A stretch of DNA of 32,000 bases, from NCBI GenBank assembly GCA_022646745.1, contig CP060262.1, forward strand, positions 60,001 to 92,000. Reading direction: 5' to 3'. This document shows positions 6,993 through 16,453 of the stretch, piece by piece. The notes beneath the pieces were generated by a model. It made no database searches. It was given only the letters and a program-made list of their open reading frames with translations, and had not been told where the DNA came from. A program made the position numbers and the translations under genes. Within the stretch, counting starts at the first letter, position 1. Each line of letters begins with the position of its first letter. Origin of the DNA: Planctomycetales bacterium (GTDB lineage Bacteria > 4484-113 > JAFGCY01).

Positions 6993-9422
6993 CTAGTTGA
7001 TCGTGATCTCCGGATTCTCCGCCTGCAGGTCGGTCTTGGCGCGCACCCGCAACGTGATCGAATTGTCAGGCTGCAGCAGTTCCGCCACCGGCAGCATCGC
7101 ATCACGAGTGCCGGACTGGATCGGGATCGCCACCCAGTCACCGTTCGTACTGAGGCCCTCCAGCGTGGCAATGCCCGCGGCGTCACTGGCCATCATCGCG
7201 TCGCGGTCATCACTGAACAGCCTGAGCGTGGCCGCCATGAAGTCGCGCTCCGAGGGGCTGCCCTGCATGTCCAGCTGGAATTCCAGGTAGCCGCCGGCCA
7301 GCACCACGTAGCGCCGCGTATCGTATTCCGGCCGGTAGCCGCCGAAGCCGCTGTAGTAGTTGTTCTGGAACAGGCGGAAGTTGCGCCCACCGGTCAGCAG
7401 CGGTCCGTTGCTGGCCAGCCGCAGGCCGCCGCTGCGAGTGTGCTGCTTCTCACAGGGCAGGTGGATCACCACCATTGACAGCGTGTGCTGCACGTGCGCC
7501 CGGTCGAACTCCGCCAGCCGCTCGAGGTCCTCGGTGAAGCCCACCAGCAGCAGGTCGTTGCTGTAGCGCAGGCCCTCGCTCATCGAGTTGCGCACGCCGT
7601 CCAGCAGGTCCTCGCGGTAGCGCGCGACGTAGTTGTCATCCTCGAACCAGCTGCCGCGGCCACTGCCCAGCTGGTCTAGCTGGAAGCTGCCCTTGGCGTC
7701 GAGGTCGCCGATGTCGCGGCTGTAGTTCTGGCGGCCCAGCAGGCGGCAGCCATGCAGCGCCCAGGGCAGGTCGAGATCGAATGAGCCCTCCGGCGTGAAG
7801 CTGCCGTCGCGCGAGCTGTCAGTGTCCTTCAGGTCGCCACTGGCAACGGCCTGCAGGTTGCGGAAGCCGCGGTAGTAGTATTCCTTCGCGGCCCACTTGC
7901 CCTGGCTGATGTTCAGCTTCGGGTTGACCGTGTTGTCAAGGCTTCTCGTGATGAACGGATTGATGCCGCCGCGGTTGGCCATCTGGGTGCCGAACTGGTT
8001 GCCGCTCACCACCGGGTAGTCCGTGTAGAGGAAGGCCGAGGGGTCCTGCACCTCCAGCTCATAGCGCACCGGCTCCGCCGTGAACACGTACATCGCATCC
8101 TGGTAGGGCATCAGCGTGCTGTCCGGGTAGACGTGCACCTCCTGGAAGTTGGCGACGACATTGTCGGCACCGCGTGTGATCCGGCCGGTCTCCAGCCCGA
8201 ACCAGGAGAAGCCGATGATGATGATCGGGATCGTCAGCCAGACAAGCGTGCTGCGCTTCATGCGGCCCAGCACGAAGAAGTTCAGCGGGCCGATCAGCAG
8301 CACGTAGAGCACGATGAACAGGGCCACGAAGCCCGGGTCCATCGGCTTGGCCTCGTCCAGGTTGCGCATCAGGTTGAAGATCGCCTGCGGGTGCAGGAAC
8401 CAGTTGTTCACGTCCACGCTGTTGCGCACGTTCATCGTCAGGTCGGAGAACATCTCCCCGAGCCCCGGATGCTGGCGGAAGGGCCGGTCCGTGAAGCTGA
8501 AGGCCAGCGCATAGACATTGCCAGCGCCCCAGCTCCTGCGCACGATCGCCGGGTAGCTGCCGGCGTAGCTGACGACCTCCGCCCCGTCCCGCAGCGGGCC
8601 GGTTGACAGCGTCGCCAGCGCATTGCCGGGGTTGATGCCGTAGCGGCGGCCCAGCTCACCGAGCTCGCCGGTCTCCACCGTGCCACTGTAGCCCATCGGG
8701 CAGAGCTGTCCGACCGGGCTGGAGGCCACGCGGTTGCCGTTGCTGCCCAGCGAGAAGATCAGGTTCGCGCCGCGCGACACGCTTTCCATCAGCGCGCGGC
8801 CGGTCGGTTCATCCAGCTGCAGGTAGTCGATGTCCGCCAGCACGATGCTGTCAGCACGCTCGAAGAATTTTGCGTTGTCATCCACCTCGTCGATGTCGAA
8901 GTAGGACACGTAGCTCTTTGACGACTCCATCCCCGCGCTTTCGCTGACCCACTCGTCACGGGTGATGCGCGCGCTCTCGACCTGGTTGGCGGCCTGCAGG
9001 CTGCCGGGCTGGTCCGTCAGCACGACGATGCTCGTGTCCGAGGCCTCACAGGTCTTGATCTGCCCGAGGTCCATCTCGTCCGTCCACTGGTCCGTGCGCA
9101 CCATCAGGCTGAGCTGCGGGTAGGCCTGGCTGCAGGGGAAGTAGAGGTAGAAGCGCTTCTTCGAAGGGCTCGGCAGCTCCAGCCGCGTGGTGTACTCCGT
9201 GCCCTCGTACTTCAGCACCAGCTCGCCGGACAGGTTCAGCCCGCCGGGGTTCTGGTTGTCAATCTCGACCGTGACCGGGTTGAGGCGGCCCTTCTGCACG
9301 ATGCCGTCGTAGCCCACCTCATAGGTCACGCCCACGCCCTCCGGCGGGGCGGCGATCGCCAGCCGGCTGCCTGCCAGCAGGGTGAACAGTGCGATTGCCA
9401 GTATTGCCAGCTGCCTGATCAT
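6993..9422 (-). CDS. large secreted/membrane protein (signal peptide plus central TM hairpin), last gene of the vWA/ABC-2 operon
   Basis: The ATG at 9422 overlaps the upstream permease stop (ATGA at 9422-9419). It has an N-terminal signal peptide (MIRQLAILAIALFTLLAGSRLAIA-AP) and central hydrophobic segments (FVALFIVLYVLLIGPLNFFVL, LVWLTIPIIIIGFSWF). Its position after an ABC-2 permease is GldG-like, but I assign no family. Confidence 0.7.
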   Translation of the reverse strand: MIRQLAILAIALFTLLAGSRLAIAAPPEGVGVTYEVGYDGIVQKGRLNPVTVEIDNQNPGGLNLSGELVLKYEGTEYTTRLELPSPSKKRFYLYFPCSQAYPQLSLMVRTDQWTDEMDLGQIKTCEASDTSIVVLTDQPGSLQAANQVESARITRDEWVSESAGMESSKSYVSYFDIDEVDDNAKFFERADSIVLADIDYLQLDEPTGRALMESVSRGANLIFSLGSNGNRVASSPVGQLCPMGYSGTVETGELGELGRRYGINPGNALATLSTGPLRDGAEVVSYAGSYPAIVRRSWGAGNVYALAFSFTDRPFRQHPGLGEMFSDLTMNVRNSVDVNNWFLHPQAIFNLMRNLDEAKPMDPGFVALFIVLYVLLIGPLNFFVLGRMKRSTLVWLTIPIIIIGFSWFGLETGRITRGADNVVANFQEVHVYPDSTLMPYQDAMYVFTAEPVRYELEVQDPSAFLYTDYPVVSGNQFGTQMANRGGINPFITRSLDNTVNPKLNISQGKWAAKEYYYRGFRNLQAVASGDLKDTDSSRDGSFTPEGSFDLDLPWALHGCRLLGRQNYSRDIGDLDAKGSFQLDQLGSGRGSWFEDDNYVARYREDLLDGVRNSMSEGLRYSNDLLLVGFTEDLERLAEFDRAHVQHTLSMVVIHLPCEKQHTRSGGLRLASNGPLLTGGRNFRLFQNNYYSGFGGYRPEYDTRRYVVLAGGYLEFQLDMQGSPSERDFMAATLRLFSDDRDAMMASDAAGIATLEGLSTNGDWVAIPIQSGTRDAMLPVAELLQPDNSITLRVRAKTDLQAENPEITIN

Positions 9423-10276
9423 CCGACACCTCCCGCCTTGGAGGCCCGGTAGCGCGGGTAGATCACCGTCGTCGCCAGCAGGATCAGTGCCGCGACCACG
9501 GCCTGGAACAGTGCGCTCCAGATCCACAGCAGGCCGTTGTTCATCAGGAATGGCATCGTGACCGGCCCCTGGCTCCAGGTGAACACCGAGGGGTTGAAGA
9601 TCTCCATCGCGCTGAACAGCGGGTTCATCAGGAAGGAGAACACCCCGAGCCAGTAGATCGGCACCACCGGTGGGGTGGATGACAGCGCACCCTTCATGAT
9701 GCCGCCGAAGATCAGCGTCACCGCGCCGAGCGTGATCAGGAAGAAGAAGCTGCGCCCGAGTGCCGTGCGCACGTCGTCGCTGATCAGCGAGAGCATCAGC
9801 CCGAGCGCCGAGATCATCAGCGTCATGCCGACCACCACCACCGCCAGCTGCATGAACTGCAGCGTCGTCAGGCCGCCGAAGGTGAAGGCCAGTGCGTAGA
9901 TCGGCATCGCCGTGATCACCAGCAGGAACAGGAAGCCCGTCGAGCTCAGGTACTTGCCGAGCACGATCTCGAAGCTCTTGAACAGTGTCAGGTTCAGCAG
10001 CTCAAAAGTGTCCTGGTCCTTCTCATGCGCGATCGTCGAGGCATTCAGTGACAATGCCAGCAACAGCGACATGATCATCTGCGCGATGAATGTCGTGATG
10101 CACAGCGCCAGCCCGACCTGGCTGGAGGTCGAGGCGCGCGTCTGCAGTTCGGTGTAGCGGGCGAGGTACACGAAGAAGGACACGCCGCCGAGGATGATCG
10201 TATATGTCATGATCAGCCCCAGGGTGGCGATGCCCCGTGCCCGCTGCCTGTATTCCTTCAGGATGATTGACAACAC
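9419..10276 (-). CDS. ABC-2 type transporter permease
   Basis: 285 aa with a GTG start and six hydrophobic segments. The N-terminal IILKEYRQRAR and loop motif HEKDQDTFELLNLTLFKSFEIVLGKYL match the ABC-2 (NosY/GldF/COG1277-like) permease pattern. Confidence 0.7.
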   Translation of the reverse strand: MLSIILKEYRQRARGIATLGLIMTYTIILGGVSFFVYLARYTELQTRASTSSQVGLALCITTFIAQMIMSLLLALSLNASTIAHEKDQDTFELLNLTLFKSFEIVLGKYLSSTGFLFLLVITAMPIYALAFTFGGLTTLQFMQLAVVVVGMTLMISALGLMLSLISDDVRTALGRSFFFLITLGAVTLIFGGIMKGALSSTPPVVPIYWLGVFSFLMNPLFSAMEIFNPSVFTWSQGPVTMPFLMNNGLLWIWSALFQAVVAALILLATTVIYPRYRASKAGGVG

Positions 10277-10278
10277 TG

Positions 10279-11946
10279 TTAGCTTTCCCCCCCTGGCTCA
10301 AGCCAGTCGAATGCGCTGATTCCCCGGTCGCCGCCCTGCCAGAAGCTCATGTACCAGCAGGAGGCGGTCCCGGAGGACTCAAAGACAACCTTGTCAACAG
10401 CCGGGACAAAGCCGCCCCGCACCCAGTGCGGCAGCTCCATCCCGTCAATCCGCGACCCGTCCTGCGGGTCCAGCACCTCAAGTGCGGTGTACATCACCTG
10501 CAGCGGTTCACCGTCACGCACCGCCTGGCGCATCTCGCGCTGCTTCTCCTGCTGCTCCTCACTGGCCATCTGGCGCAGGGCCAGCGTGTCAGCGGTCAGC
10601 TGCTCGAGCCGCTCGCGGTTGGCAGCGATTGACTGCCAGACCGGCGGGTCGCCCAGCGGCAGCGGCGAGACCCGCATGAACAGGTCCTGCGGTGCCAGCT
10701 CCGGCTGGTACCAGTAGTTCTGCACCAGCAGGCCGTTGGCAAAGCCGCGCAGGCTGGCAACCGGCTGCAGGTCGCGCCGTTCCCAGCGCAGCTGGCCATC
10801 ACTGCCGATGAACAGCATCAGGCCGTAGTCGAAGGCCAGCACGATGCCGTCCGGCCGGACCACGGTGGAGATGTTGTCCAGCAGCGCCCCATCAAAGGCG
10901 CTCTGGCCCTCCAGCCCGATCCGCTCGTTGGCGTCCTGCACCATCCGCTCGCGCTGTGCATCATCCAGCAGGTAGCTGTAGTCATAGCTCCAGGCCACGC
11001 TGCCATCCTGCTGGTTCAGCGCATCGCAGCGCTCGTCCAGGAAGCACAGGTACAGCAGGCCGTTGGCATCATCCACCGCCATCGCGGTCACATCTGAAGC
11101 GTCAGCCATGCTCCAGCGCAGCTCCCCGCCGGCGGCATCCCAGGCCCAGATATTGCGAGCCGTGTTGCGCGCGAACAGCATCCCGTCCTCCGAGCGCACG
11201 ATGTCAACCGGGGTGGATTGTGTCGCTCCACGCCAGCTGGTCTCGCCATCCAACCCCAGCACGTTGACGCTGTCCTCGTCGCCAAATGTGATCGATTCAT
11301 CATGCAGCAGGAAGCCGATCGGCCGCCGGTCGCGGAAGCCCTGCCAAAGGCACTGCGGCTCATCCACGCTGACATCGAAGATCATCTTCTCGCCGTTCAG
11401 TCCCATTAGCATCAGCAGCTTCCCGCTGGGATGCATGCACTGCCCGGAGAACAGGATCGTGTCCCCGTTGCTGCGGGCGGCACGGCTGCGCGTGGCATTC
11501 TGCGTGGCAGCCGGGACCTGCATCCCCATCAGGTAGCGGTTGAAGATCTCCTCGCCGCTATCCACGTCGAGGCAGGCCAGCTGCTGGGAATAGGCCGTGA
11601 TGTACAGCCGGCCGTCATAGTGCGTCATGCCGGACAGCCACCAGCGCGAGAAGCTGCCCGCACTGTACTGCCAGTCCCAGCTGGATTCGCGGGCCAGCGG
11701 CATCTTCAGTTCCGCGCTGCAGTAATTGCTGTCGCCCTGCCCGCCGTAAGCTGACAGCCAGGCGCGGCTGTCATTGCCCTCCAGCTTACTGCCCTGCACC
11801 AGCTCCGCCAGCCTTGCGCTGTCCACCCGGCGTGCCGGGTCCTCGGCCTGCCTGCGTTCACCGCAGGCGGACAGCAGGCACAGCAGCACAGCGGACGCGA
11901 GGCCCGCGGCCCGGATATGCGTGCGGATGTTGCTGCTGAAAATCAC
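10279..11946 (-). CDS. PQQ-like (BamB-type) beta-propeller lipoprotein
   Basis: The GTG at 11946-11944 overlaps the upstream stop (GTGA). The lipoprotein signal is IRAAGLASAVLLCLLSAC. Propeller motifs recur (GGELRWS, DGSVAWSYDY, DGQLRWERRD, IWAWDA). The 162-aa N-terminal extension in the ORF track is an out-of-frame overlap with the upstream gene. Confidence 0.7.
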   Translation of the reverse strand: MIFSSNIRTHIRAAGLASAVLLCLLSACGERRQAEDPARRVDSARLAELVQGSKLEGNDSRAWLSAYGGQGDSNYCSAELKMPLARESSWDWQYSAGSFSRWWLSGMTHYDGRLYITAYSQQLACLDVDSGEEIFNRYLMGMQVPAATQNATRSRAARSNGDTILFSGQCMHPSGKLLMLMGLNGEKMIFDVSVDEPQCLWQGFRDRRPIGFLLHDESITFGDEDSVNVLGLDGETSWRGATQSTPVDIVRSEDGMLFARNTARNIWAWDAAGGELRWSMADASDVTAMAVDDANGLLYLCFLDERCDALNQQDGSVAWSYDYSYLLDDAQRERMVQDANERIGLEGQSAFDGALLDNISTVVRPDGIVLAFDYGLMLFIGSDGQLRWERRDLQPVASLRGFANGLLVQNYWYQPELAPQDLFMRVSPLPLGDPPVWQSIAANRERLEQLTADTLALRQMASEEQQEKQREMRQAVRDGEPLQVMYTALEVLDPQDGSRIDGMELPHWVRGGFVPAVDKVVFESSGTASCWYMSFWQGGDRGISAFDWLEPGGES

Positions 11947-14900
11947 TTCTTCTTCTTGATCTTGTCCAGCAGGGAGCTGGTCAGCTCGCGCTCCGTCTGC
12001 GGGCGCTTGGCCTCCGGCTCCTGCTTGCGGGCGGCACTGTCTCCACCGCCGGTCTGGAAGCGGCTCGGGTCGAACCCGCTGCCGGCCTGTCCCCGGTCCG
12101 CCATCTTGCGGCGCAGGTCGGCCAGTCCGCCGCTGTCCTGCTCCGGCTTCTGCTTCTGCACGATATTGCCGGCCGGCACATCCTTCGGCGCTTCGCTGGC
12201 AACACGCCCGCCGGCCTGCTGGATCTGACCCGCACTGCGGTCGAGCTGCTCGCGGCGGTTGGCTGTCTGGGCCTTGCTCTGGGCCTGGGCCTCCCGCGTC
12301 TGGATCTGGCGCGCCTGGGTCTTCCCGGCCACGCCCTGCTTCACGTTGAGCAGCCCGGCTAGGCTCTCGGATGTCTGCTTCGCCCGCGCACTGCCACCGG
12401 CGGTGAGCAGGGCCGCGAAGGCCTCGCGCCATTCCTTGGAGTCAAGCACCAGGCGGCGCACAGCCACGTCAATCAGCCACAGCAGCAGTGCGATCAGCGC
12501 GAACTGCTCCCAGAAGTCCTCGGTCTTGCGCTGGCTGACGCGGTTCTCCGTGAACAGCTGGTCAATGCCGAGCTGCGTCGGGGCCAGGCTGCCGTCCTTG
12601 AGCTGGCTGAGCAGGAAGGTGTTGGGCTGCAGGTCGCGGTACTCCGGCGAGTAGCTCACGCTCAGTCCGCTGAGCTGCACGCCGGCCACTTCCTCATTGC
12701 CCTCATCGTCCGCTTCCTTGCGCGTGATGTTGACGTAGTAGTTGCCGTTGTCAGTGATGTCGAAGTCCGACTCATAGGTGCCCGGCCCGGTCTGGGTCAG
12801 GCGCACTTCCTGGGTCTTCAGCTCCGGGTCAACCACCGTCGCCGTGAAGCTCTGGTAGTTCACGCTGGAGCCCGCATCATCCGTGGCCGTGACCACGATG
12901 TGGCCCTCGTTGCCATTCATCTCGGTGACGACGTCCACCCCGCTGTCATCCAGGTCACTGCGGATCCAGCGTGCCACGCCGGTCCAGAAGCGCTCATAGC
13001 CGCCCCAGCCCAGCCAGTCGCGGGCCCAGCGGTTCTTCGCGTCACTGGTGAAGGCAGCGCTCTTGCCGAGGCCGTAGTGCCAGGTTGCCAGCAGCGGGTC
13101 CTCCTTGTGCGTCACCAGCGGCACCTCGGCGCTGTCCTTCGCGCTCGTTGCCACATAGCCGTACAGGTAGGGCGCGCTGCCCCAGCCGATCGCGTTGATC
13201 AGCGGGTGGTCCATCGTCGGGATCGCGCTGAACGGGTCCTCGTTGATGGTGGCCTTGTTGGCCATGAACACCTCGCGCGTGAAGATGCGCGGCAGGTCGG
13301 AGAGGTCCTTCGCCTCGTACATCCGGCCCTGGCCGACCTCGGCGAGGTCCTGCATGAAGGGGATGTCCGCATCCGCGCCGAAGGCCACGGTGGACACGGT
13401 GAACTTGTTGTCAACCATGTCTGTCACCAGCTCCTCGAAGGGGCCTGGTGCCACCACGCCGTCGGTGAAGATGATCACGTGCTTGATCTGGGCGTTGATC
13501 TGCTGCCCGGCGTCGTAGGCGTTCTTCAGCGCGGGGTAGAGGTCGGTGCCGCCGCCGGCCTGCATCGAGCCGAGGATCTCCAGCACCTCCTGCTTGTTGA
13601 TGCCCGCCTGCGGTTCGACGACCCACTGCCCGACGCTGTCAAAGCCCATCACGCCGACGTAGTCCTCTTCCCGCTGCAGGCGCACCAGTTCCTTGCAGGC
13701 CTCGCGCGCCATCTCGATCTTGGAGACGCCGTTGACGGTCATCGACATCGAGCCCGACTTGTCAACGAGCGCGATCACGAGTGAACTGGGGGTGATCTTC
13801 TTGCGGCGGAAGTCCATGTCCACCGGCAGCACTTCCTCGATCGGGGTGTTGAAGTAACCGCCGGGGCCGAAGCTCTCCTCGCCGCCGATCATCATGAAGC
13901 CCTTGCCGAACTCATGCACGAGGATCTTGATCATCTCCATCTGGTCCGGCGTGATGTCATACGCCGCCACGTCGGAGAAGATGATCCCGTCGTAGATCTG
14001 GAAGTCCTCCATCGCGTACGGGATGCCGCCCGGCGGCACCACGTCAACCTCGATGTTGTTCGTGCGGATGGTCTGCGGCAGGTAGTTGATCTCGCCCGGG
14101 TCGCCCGTCGCGTACAGCAGGCGCGGCTGGCCGCTGACCACGCTGAAGGCGTAGGCGCTGTTGTTCTCGGCGATGGTGTCGCTGTCCGGCTCGAGCTGCA
14201 GCTCGTAGGTCGTCACGCCGCTCTGCTCCACGTCCGTGATGAACTCGTACAGCTCCTTGCCGGGCTTGATGTTGATCCGTTCCTTCTGCGCGAACTGGCC
14301 GTTCTTGCGCAGGGTGATGTCCGCGCCGGTGGCCACGGTGCTGTCCACCACGAAGCGCAGGCGTACGCTCTCACCGAGTGAGGCCCGGCCCGGGGCCTTC
14401 AGGTCGCTCAGCACGACCTCCTCGCCCTTGCGGCTGCCGACCTCGGCGACGTAGATCTCCACGTCGTTGTCACGCGCCACCCGGCTCTCGGCCAGGGCGT
14501 TGCCGATGTTCTCGTTGCCGTCGCTGATCAGCAGCAGGCGCTTCTGGGAGTTGTCAGGGAAGATCGCGGTGGCGAGCTGGATGCCCTCCGCCAGGTTCGT
14601 GAAGTTGCCGCGCGGGGTGGTCTGCCACTGCGAGAGCATGTCGGCGTCCATGCCGTTGATCGGCAGGTTCTCCACGTAGGCCAGCGCGCCGGTGTTGACA
14701 CGCCCCAGCGTGTCATCCTTCTTCATCCCCTCGCGCATCACTTCCAGCGAGCTGTTGACCGTGCCGACGTCCTCGTTGTCAATCGAGTCCGAGCTGTCGC
14801 GCACCACCACCACGCTCACGCGGTCCAGCCGGTGCACCAGCTGCACGCCGGCCAGCGCGCTCACGAGCAGGAACCAGATCACGATGCGCAGGCCGAGGCT

Positions 14901-15014
14901 GACCCACTTCTGCACGGGGCCGAGCGAGGCAAAGCTCATGCGCATCGCCACCCAGGCGATCCCCGGGATTGCCAGCAGCAGCAGCAGCCATACCGGCCTC
15001 GTGAAATCAATCAT
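11943..15014 (-). CDS. BatA-N-terminal / von Willebrand factor A domain membrane protein with GATase1-like modules and low-complexity basic tail
   Basis: 1023 aa. The N-terminus (MIDFTRPVWLLLLLAIPGIAW ... LRIVIWFLLVSALAG) matches the double-TM BatA_N pattern. A vWA domain carries the MIDAS motif DKSGSMS and a later GGGTDL. A C-terminal TM segment (FALIALLLWLIDVAV) is followed by a ~190-aa Q/K/R/A/G-rich tail ending KKKK. Confidence 0.8.
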   Translation of the reverse strand: MIDFTRPVWLLLLLAIPGIAWVAMRMSFASLGPVQKWVSLGLRIVIWFLLVSALAGVQLVHRLDRVSVVVVRDSSDSIDNEDVGTVNSSLEVMREGMKKDDTLGRVNTGALAYVENLPINGMDADMLSQWQTTPRGNFTNLAEGIQLATAIFPDNSQKRLLLISDGNENIGNALAESRVARDNDVEIYVAEVGSRKGEEVVLSDLKAPGRASLGESVRLRFVVDSTVATGADITLRKNGQFAQKERINIKPGKELYEFITDVEQSGVTTYELQLEPDSDTIAENNSAYAFSVVSGQPRLLYATGDPGEINYLPQTIRTNNIEVDVVPPGGIPYAMEDFQIYDGIIFSDVAAYDITPDQMEMIKILVHEFGKGFMMIGGEESFGPGGYFNTPIEEVLPVDMDFRRKKITPSSLVIALVDKSGSMSMTVNGVSKIEMAREACKELVRLQREEDYVGVMGFDSVGQWVVEPQAGINKQEVLEILGSMQAGGGTDLYPALKNAYDAGQQINAQIKHVIIFTDGVVAPGPFEELVTDMVDNKFTVSTVAFGADADIPFMQDLAEVGQGRMYEAKDLSDLPRIFTREVFMANKATINEDPFSAIPTMDHPLINAIGWGSAPYLYGYVATSAKDSAEVPLVTHKEDPLLATWHYGLGKSAAFTSDAKNRWARDWLGWGGYERFWTGVARWIRSDLDDSGVDVVTEMNGNEGHIVVTATDDAGSSVNYQSFTATVVDPELKTQEVRLTQTGPGTYESDFDITDNGNYYVNITRKEADDEGNEEVAGVQLSGLSVSYSPEYRDLQPNTFLLSQLKDGSLAPTQLGIDQLFTENRVSQRKTEDFWEQFALIALLLWLIDVAVRRLVLDSKEWREAFAALLTAGGSARAKQTSESLAGLLNVKQGVAGKTQARQIQTREAQAQSKAQTANRREQLDRSAGQIQQAGGRVASEAPKDVPAGNIVQKQKPEQDSGGLADLRRKMADRGQAGSGFDPSRFQTGGGDSAARKQEPEAKRPQTERELTSSLLDKIKKKK

Positions 15015-15618
15015 CCTGTTGTCCCCGCTCCATCCGGTCCAGCTGGCTGTTCAGTTCGCCAAGCATGTGGACCGCCAGCCCGATATGGCTGAATATCTTC
15101 GAGTCTACCAGCTCTCCGGCCCGGCTGCGAGCCAGCATCGTGTCGAACAGCTCGGCAAAGGGCACAAGCTCCACTTCAATGTCCTCGCTGGCCGTTCCGC
15201 CTCCCGCGCTGACCTTCTCAAGCCCGAGCGCGAGGAATGCGTTGTACATCTCATCGCTCAGGCCGGGGGTGACCGTGCCGCGCATCAGGTGCAGCACCTG
15301 CTGGCCGCGGTAGCCAGTCTCCTCCTCGAGTTCACGCAGGGCGGTCTGCGTCATCGCTTCTCCTTCAATGTCGCACAGCCCGGCCGGCAGTTCCCAGACC
15401 GGGGCCTCCAGCGGATAGCGCCACTGGCGGATCACGGGCACCAGCCCGTCATTCGTCAGGCCGAGGATGTGCACGGTCTCCGGGTTGGGGCGCTTGGCCG
15501 AATACCAGATGTGTTCCTCGCCGTCCCCACTGCGGAACTTCCTGGTTTCAACTCTCCAGTAAGGGCAGTGCCAGACGGTCTTTGCGTCCTTCTCCTCCAC
15601 ACATCCAGTATATATCAA
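15007..15618 (-). CDS. Nudix hydrolase (ADP-ribose pyrophosphatase-like)
   Basis: Nudix box GLCDIEGEAMTQTALRELEEETGY (E-x7-REUxEExGU). Its stop overlaps the next gene's start by 8 nt. The start codon is uncertain: TTG 15618 or GTG 15600. Confidence 0.85.
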   Translation of the reverse strand: MIYTGCVEEKDAKTVWHCPYWRVETRKFRSGDGEEHIWYSAKRPNPETVHILGLTNDGLVPVIRQWRYPLEAPVWELPAGLCDIEGEAMTQTALRELEEETGYRGQQVLHLMRGTVTPGLSDEMYNAFLALGLEKVSAGGGTASEDIEVELVPFAELFDTMLARSRAGELVDSKIFSHIGLAVHMLGELNSQLDRMERGQQDD

Positions 15619-15684
15619 CCCGCTTTATCAGACGCCGTGTGCGGCATCCGTGTTTCGTTACAGCGGACCCTGTGCTGGAGCCGC

Positions 15685-16377
15685 TCAGAGCACCCTGTCG
15701 TGGGTCTCACCGCGCAGGAAATCCCCGAGCGCCATCTGCACCGCGCTGCGCTTGAGCATCACCATCCCCGCCATCAGGCAGCCGAGCCCGGCCAGCGCCA
15801 GCGCGATCAGCACCAGCCAGCGCGGAGCCCCGCCGCCACCGACGAGCGCAGGCAGCAGTAGCACCGGGATCACCACGCACAGGATCCAGCCGCCCAGCCC
15901 GAGCATCAGCGGGTCACGCATGCTGCGTGCCATCCGGCTGCCCTCCGGGTCCGTCAGTGCGCCGAACCACAGCGCGATCCCGGCCAGCTCGCTGCGCACA
16001 TTGCGCACCGGGCGCGGCCTGAGCCACATCAGCAGGGGATGGAAGCGCGTGCTGCGGCGGATCTGCTCACAGCGCTCGTCGTCCATGATCATCTGCACGA
16101 CGTAGTTATTGCGGATCTGGAAGCCGGTCTCGCGGTACTGCTCCATCACGTAGATGTCCGCAATGCCGTAGAGGATGAAGGGACCGAGCATGGCAAGCAT
16201 CGCCTCCCAGAGGTAGAAGCCGATCAGGTCGGGCACGCGCAGGTAGAACTCGAAGCCGAGCAGCGCGTAGGATCCGAGCACCAGCAGGATGTAGCCGAAC
16301 GCGAAGCTGAATGCGGTGTCCCGCGATACCCGGAACCCACTCGAATTGTGCAGCTTGTCACCCCAGCGCATATCCAC
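15685..16377 (-). CDS. integral membrane protein, unknown function
   Basis: 230-aa ORF (GTG 16377, or ATG two codons later) with 5-6 hydrophobic segments. It lies 67 nt upstream of the Nudix gene on the same strand. Confidence 0.55.
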   Translation of the reverse strand: MDMRWGDKLHNSSGFRVSRDTAFSFAFGYILLVLGSYALLGFEFYLRVPDLIGFYLWEAMLAMLGPFILYGIADIYVMEQYRETGFQIRNNYVVQMIMDDERCEQIRRSTRFHPLLMWLRPRPVRNVRSELAGIALWFGALTDPEGSRMARSMRDPLMLGLGGWILCVVIPVLLLPALVGGGGAPRWLVLIALALAGLGCLMAGMVMLKRSAVQMALGDFLRGETHDRVL

Positions 16378-16419
16378 AGTATGCCTGACGTCGCGAGCTG
16401 AACCGGAGGTTCAGAAAAA

Positions 16420-16447
16420 GGCAGGAGGCAAAAGGCAGAAGGCAGAC
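16420..16447. repeat. GGCAGNA heptamer x4 (reverse complement of the CTGCCTT array); left inverted arm of the four-helix-bundle cassette
   Basis: The units read GGCAGGA GGCAAAA GGCAGAA GGCAGAC and start 6 nt after the stop at 16454. They are preceded by the hairpin CTGAACC-GGA-GGTTCAG (16398-16414). Confidence 0.85.
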
Positions 16448-16453
16448 TCCCAA

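Noticed and set aside
9423-9527. 35-aa extension of the 808-aa protein ORF, and likewise 5841-5972 for the lipoprotein and 4183-4332 for the phosphatase
   Set aside because: Each extension overlaps the neighbouring gene or a promoter region. Internal starts give signal peptides and/or SD sequences.
11947-12432. 162-aa N-terminal extension of the beta-propeller lipoprotein ORF
   Set aside because: It is an out-of-frame overlap with the 3' end of the vWA gene and has R/P/G-rich shadow composition. The GTG at 11946 gives a clean lipoprotein signal peptide and a GTGA coupling.
12900-15861. Plus-strand ORFs 12900-13784, 13914-14381 and 14692-15861; likewise 17030-18067 (-), 5041-5883 (-), 5784-6518 (-), 29893-30555 (-), 31204-31958 (-) and 87-572 (-)
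   Set aside because: All lie antisense to genes with clear family motifs or domain structure. They are high-GC shadow ORFs rich in R/A/G/H/V/L.
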